Source: Neoconidiobolus thromboides FSU 785 (lineage: Eukaryota; Fungi; Entomophthoromycota). Taken from it: 64,000 nucleotides of DNA. Below, one piece after another: positions 60,499 to 64,000 of this stretch. The stretch spans positions 45,336 through 109,335 of the forward strand of contig MU626320.1 of the NCBI GenBank assembly GCA_025603075.1. Reading direction: 5' to 3'. The position numbers were made by a program, and so were the translations under genes. The notes below the pieces were generated by a model. It was not told where the DNA came from. It worked only from the letters and a program-made list of their open reading frames with translations, and searched no databases. Position 1 is the stretch's first letter. Every line of letters starts with the position of its first letter.

Positions 60499-63400
60499 AC
60501 TCTTTTTTTTGAGTTATTGAGTTAATTGTTTAAATGTTCATTTTAGGGGTTTATATAGTGGTTTGATGTATTTTTTATGTACTTATATAAAAGAATAAAA
60601 GATAAGGCTTTTGATTTTAAAATCATCATATTATATATCATGCAAGTTATCATTAATTGTTGAATGTGATTAATAGTTTTATGAATAAATCCATTATATT
60701 TTGTTTTTATTGTATATTAGTTGCTATGTTTTTGAGGTTATTATTAAATAGTATGCTATCAACTTTAGTTATTTTATTTTAACTTATCATATTATCACAT
60801 TGTCAGAGTCATTCCTTTTTGTAGAATAAATAAACAATCATCAGTTCAATTTAGATATTTTTTCTTCGTCAGGTTTACTAATTTTTTTAAGATTTGATAG
60901 TTTTGTTTTTTGCAATATTAATAATTAGTAGTTGTCACCCTCTTGTTTTATTATAAGCTTTTATTATATTTATAACAGTCTTCTTATTGAGGTTCATTTT
61001 TATCGCAGTTTACAGTTTTATGTGGTATTTATTTTAAATTTGAACATATTTAATGCCACTTTATTTTATTGATAAAAACATGAATTTCAGACCATGAGTT
61101 TGAAAAATTAAATCAAATTTATATAGGTTAAAAAGTCATGACGTTTTAAAATATTTAACTTACAAGTTATTCCTCAAGCATCATTGTTTGTTATTTATTT
61201 TATTGCAAATTAGTGTAGTTACATTTTAGTTATTACATTATTAGATTGTTTTATAGAAATTTTATTTAAAAAGTAACAACTCTTGCTTTTTATCATTAAT
61301 ATAAGTTGTTAGTTTTATATTAGGAATTAATTTATATAAACTAATCTCCAGCATAAAGCTAACGACTTATAACATACCAATGTGTCCAAGTTCTAATCTG
61401 AAATAATAGAAAAAGGGACTCTCATATATCTTTATTGCAATTCTTTTAAATACTTTGAAGGAGCCAGAGGGCCCAAATAGTTTATTACTAGATGTAATAA
61501 GAGAATAGAATGAAACCAAAAGTATGGGAATTAAACATAAGCTAAAGTAGATATAAATAATAGTATAAAGTTTAAATTACTAAATAATATAAAGAGTATT
61601 TTAATTTAAGGCCATTTTCTTTTGATTATATCAATATATATTTATTGTTTTGTATCTAGCTTTATAAAAGTTAACCTAAAAGTCGAGTAAGATAATAAAA
61701 GCATAAAACTTGTTGATAATAGTTTGATACATTAAAATTAGGCTCTACTTTGAATGAATAATTATAATTTTTATAATCAATATCAAAGGTTGAAAAAAAG
61801 GTATATGTTGAAAGCTTCTGTTAGTTGAAAAATTAGAAGATCACTTGAAATGAAAATTGAGCGCTCTAGATAAATGAGAATAACATTTTAATAGACTCAT
61901 ATAGTTGGGCAACAGGAATGCTTGTAGATAACGGCTTTGCTCACTCCATTGTAAAAAAAGCATTCTGATTAGATGCTTTTAATAAAGCAGAAGTTTTGAA
62001 CACACAGTTTAACGACATTGACGTTTAGTTTTTAATGAATAGAGGAAAGCCTGGGTTGAGGCTTTCTTTTTCTTTATAAGTTGAACCGCTTTGTTAATCC
62101 CTCTAAGAAATTAAATCCCCTTATAAAATATAGTTTGGATATCTATTTGGTTGATATTTTAATAGTTGAAATTGATTATTTTATTGTAATTGAATTAATA
62201 TTCAATACTCAATCAAAAGCTCATTATATTAATAATAAGGAAATAAAATAAAGTATCGATTTTTTAATGTTTTGACATCTTTTTTTATAATTTATGTTTT
62301 AAGATAATTTTATTATTTGATTATCTAAAATTGAGTTTAAAAGTTGCTATTATGATCAGAACTCAGAATGATGTATAGTCTAATTTTGACAAGTCAATAT
62401 CGATCTTCTCGAGGATCATTAATTTAGGTTTTGGTAAGATTATACTCTATTTGTATGCCAGTTCATTGGGCTGTCTTATGAAATCCTCTAATTGCCCAAA
62501 CAGGGTCAACAGCTTTAGTCAAAATGATTGCAAAAAGTTCTAAAATATGAAAGAGCTTTATTAAACGATATTTGCAAAATTTGTTAAAAATGGTTTAGAT
62601 ATAAACAATAGAGTACTTCATATGCTTACTTTTTGTGGTTGTACATGCGAGGTCCTTAAAACAAACACTTTCTGACATAATTTTTGATAAATTCCATAAT
62701 GTAATAGTAAACTTAAGTGATTCCAAATCACATGGGTCGCAAATCGGATTCAATCAAAATAAATTTCATTTAAATGTTAATTTAAATTTTATCAGTTCAA
62801 TAAATTAAAAAGTATTATAAAACCAATATTTAAAAAGCTTACAATGTACATTTATTTGAGAAGTTTAGTTGATAAACTAATTCAAAAAGAAAAACAAAAT
62901 CTAATTATCTATATGTATTTGTTTATATGCCTATTTATACCTTTTTTTACTAATACTCTGATGATTTAGTTTAATAAGTCCTAATTCCTTTCCTAATTGA
63001 TAGCTTGATTTTCATTTTGTTTTGCAGGCTTCAAAAGATACTTAAAGTAAACTCAAAAATAAAAGTTAAATTATTTTGAATTTCATCAAACTATTTAGTT
63101 AGACTTATTGTTTGAATCGATTTGTAGCTCCTATGGTCTAGAATCGCCTATATATACACCTCAATGATCCTTTTTGTATCATTTTAATCAAATTATATTT
63201 ACTCTGGTCGCACAATTAGAATTTCACTAAGCTTACTCAACTGATGTAAAAGAATGAACCATTTCTTCAATCTTGTAAATTTCATGTAAGTAAACTTCTA
63301 TTTAATCTGTTTTGGCTCAAATGCATTAAAGGGGCACGGATATTTTTTACTCTATATTTTTAGGTTTATTTGTTAATATCGTTACACTGATAGTTCAAAT

Positions 63401-63651
63401 TATAAATTTGTAAGCACAATAAAAATATATGTGTAAGTTGAATTTTTTACTTATTTTCAAACTGTATGAAACAAAAATGATACAGTTTTAATTTGAGAGC
63501 GTGGCCTCTTGAAGTAAGGGGTAAGTGTATATTTGAAAAAATAAACAAAAGCTTTCAAAACCTTATACTCTATGAATATCTCTAACCTTTTGCCAAAAGC
63601 AAATAAGTATAAGTGTAACTTTGATAAAAAAAGGTTAAAAAAATTTCAAAA

Positions 63652-64000
63652 AAGATTACATTTATGTTAACATTGAATTATATCATATTCACTTTATTAG
63701 TTTATTAAGCTTATAATATGAGATAGAATAGATATATCGATCCACTAGGAAAAGTTCCAACCTCATTGATACATTTGATTTCCCGAATTTTTTTGGGGAG
63801 TTTATACTTCTCCTAGTACCTATCATTTATATTCAAAAAAATTACATCAAAAATATGGGAATATTGTTAGAATAAGTAGAGTATTTAGTAAAAGAAAATG
63901 TTAGCAATTTAGTTACAAAAGTAGGAGAGATGAGCTCAAATAACAAAGATTTTGATCTAGGGCTTTATTTTCATTATTTTTCATTTGTAATCTCATCATT
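63652..64000 (+). pseudogene. Cytochrome P450 pseudogene, paralog of 41657-43565 (runs off the window end)
   Basis: Aligns to exon 1 and exon 4 of the intact P450. ATG>AAG, TGG>TAA, TAT>TAG, a frameshift and a 336-bp deletion. The upstream region ~63480-63650 is also homologous to the intact gene's promoter. Confidence 0.9.

Noticed and set aside
61330-63330. Coding-like composition with short broken frames (possible F-box/LRR or P450 relics)
   Set aside because: No frame gave a diagnostic motif. A translated homology search would be needed.
1-64000. tRNA, rRNA, snRNA genes and CRISPR arrays
   Set aside because: None recognised by eye. tRNAscan-SE or Infernal would be needed to exclude small RNA genes.

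Overview
AT-rich eukaryotic genomic DNA with short (~45-60 nt) GT-AG introns. Gene content suggests an early-diverging fungus, possibly Entomophthoromycota/Conidiobolus-like; this is inference and cannot be verified here. About 20 intact genes were reconstructed, five of them largely or wholly missed by the ORF track (TRS20/TRAPPC2, LAMTOR4, SAM50, BRR6/BRL1, NELF-C/D). The others are WC-2, BBP/SF1, PEX13, a GPCR, two NmrA-like paralogs, a multicopper oxidase, a bacterial-type NhaC-family transporter, a P450, a UGT, a mitochondrial carrier, an S41 peptidase, an ankyrin protein, an alpha/beta hydrolase, a subtilisin, a single-pass membrane protein and a small secreted Cys-rich protein. There are also pseudogenes, four solo-LTR-like elements (TGTGAAAT...ATTTCACA, 4-bp TSD) and about 14 copies of a ~100-bp TA-flanked MITE. 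The standout is a small gene at 32621-33001 (-): signal peptide + acidic propeptide + a 28-residue Arg-rich C-C-CC-C-C (cystine-knot framework) peptide, built like a venom-toxin precursor. It converges on a multicopper oxidase that has an unusual Lys at the T1-copper axial position. No rRNA, tRNA or CRISPR features were recognised.
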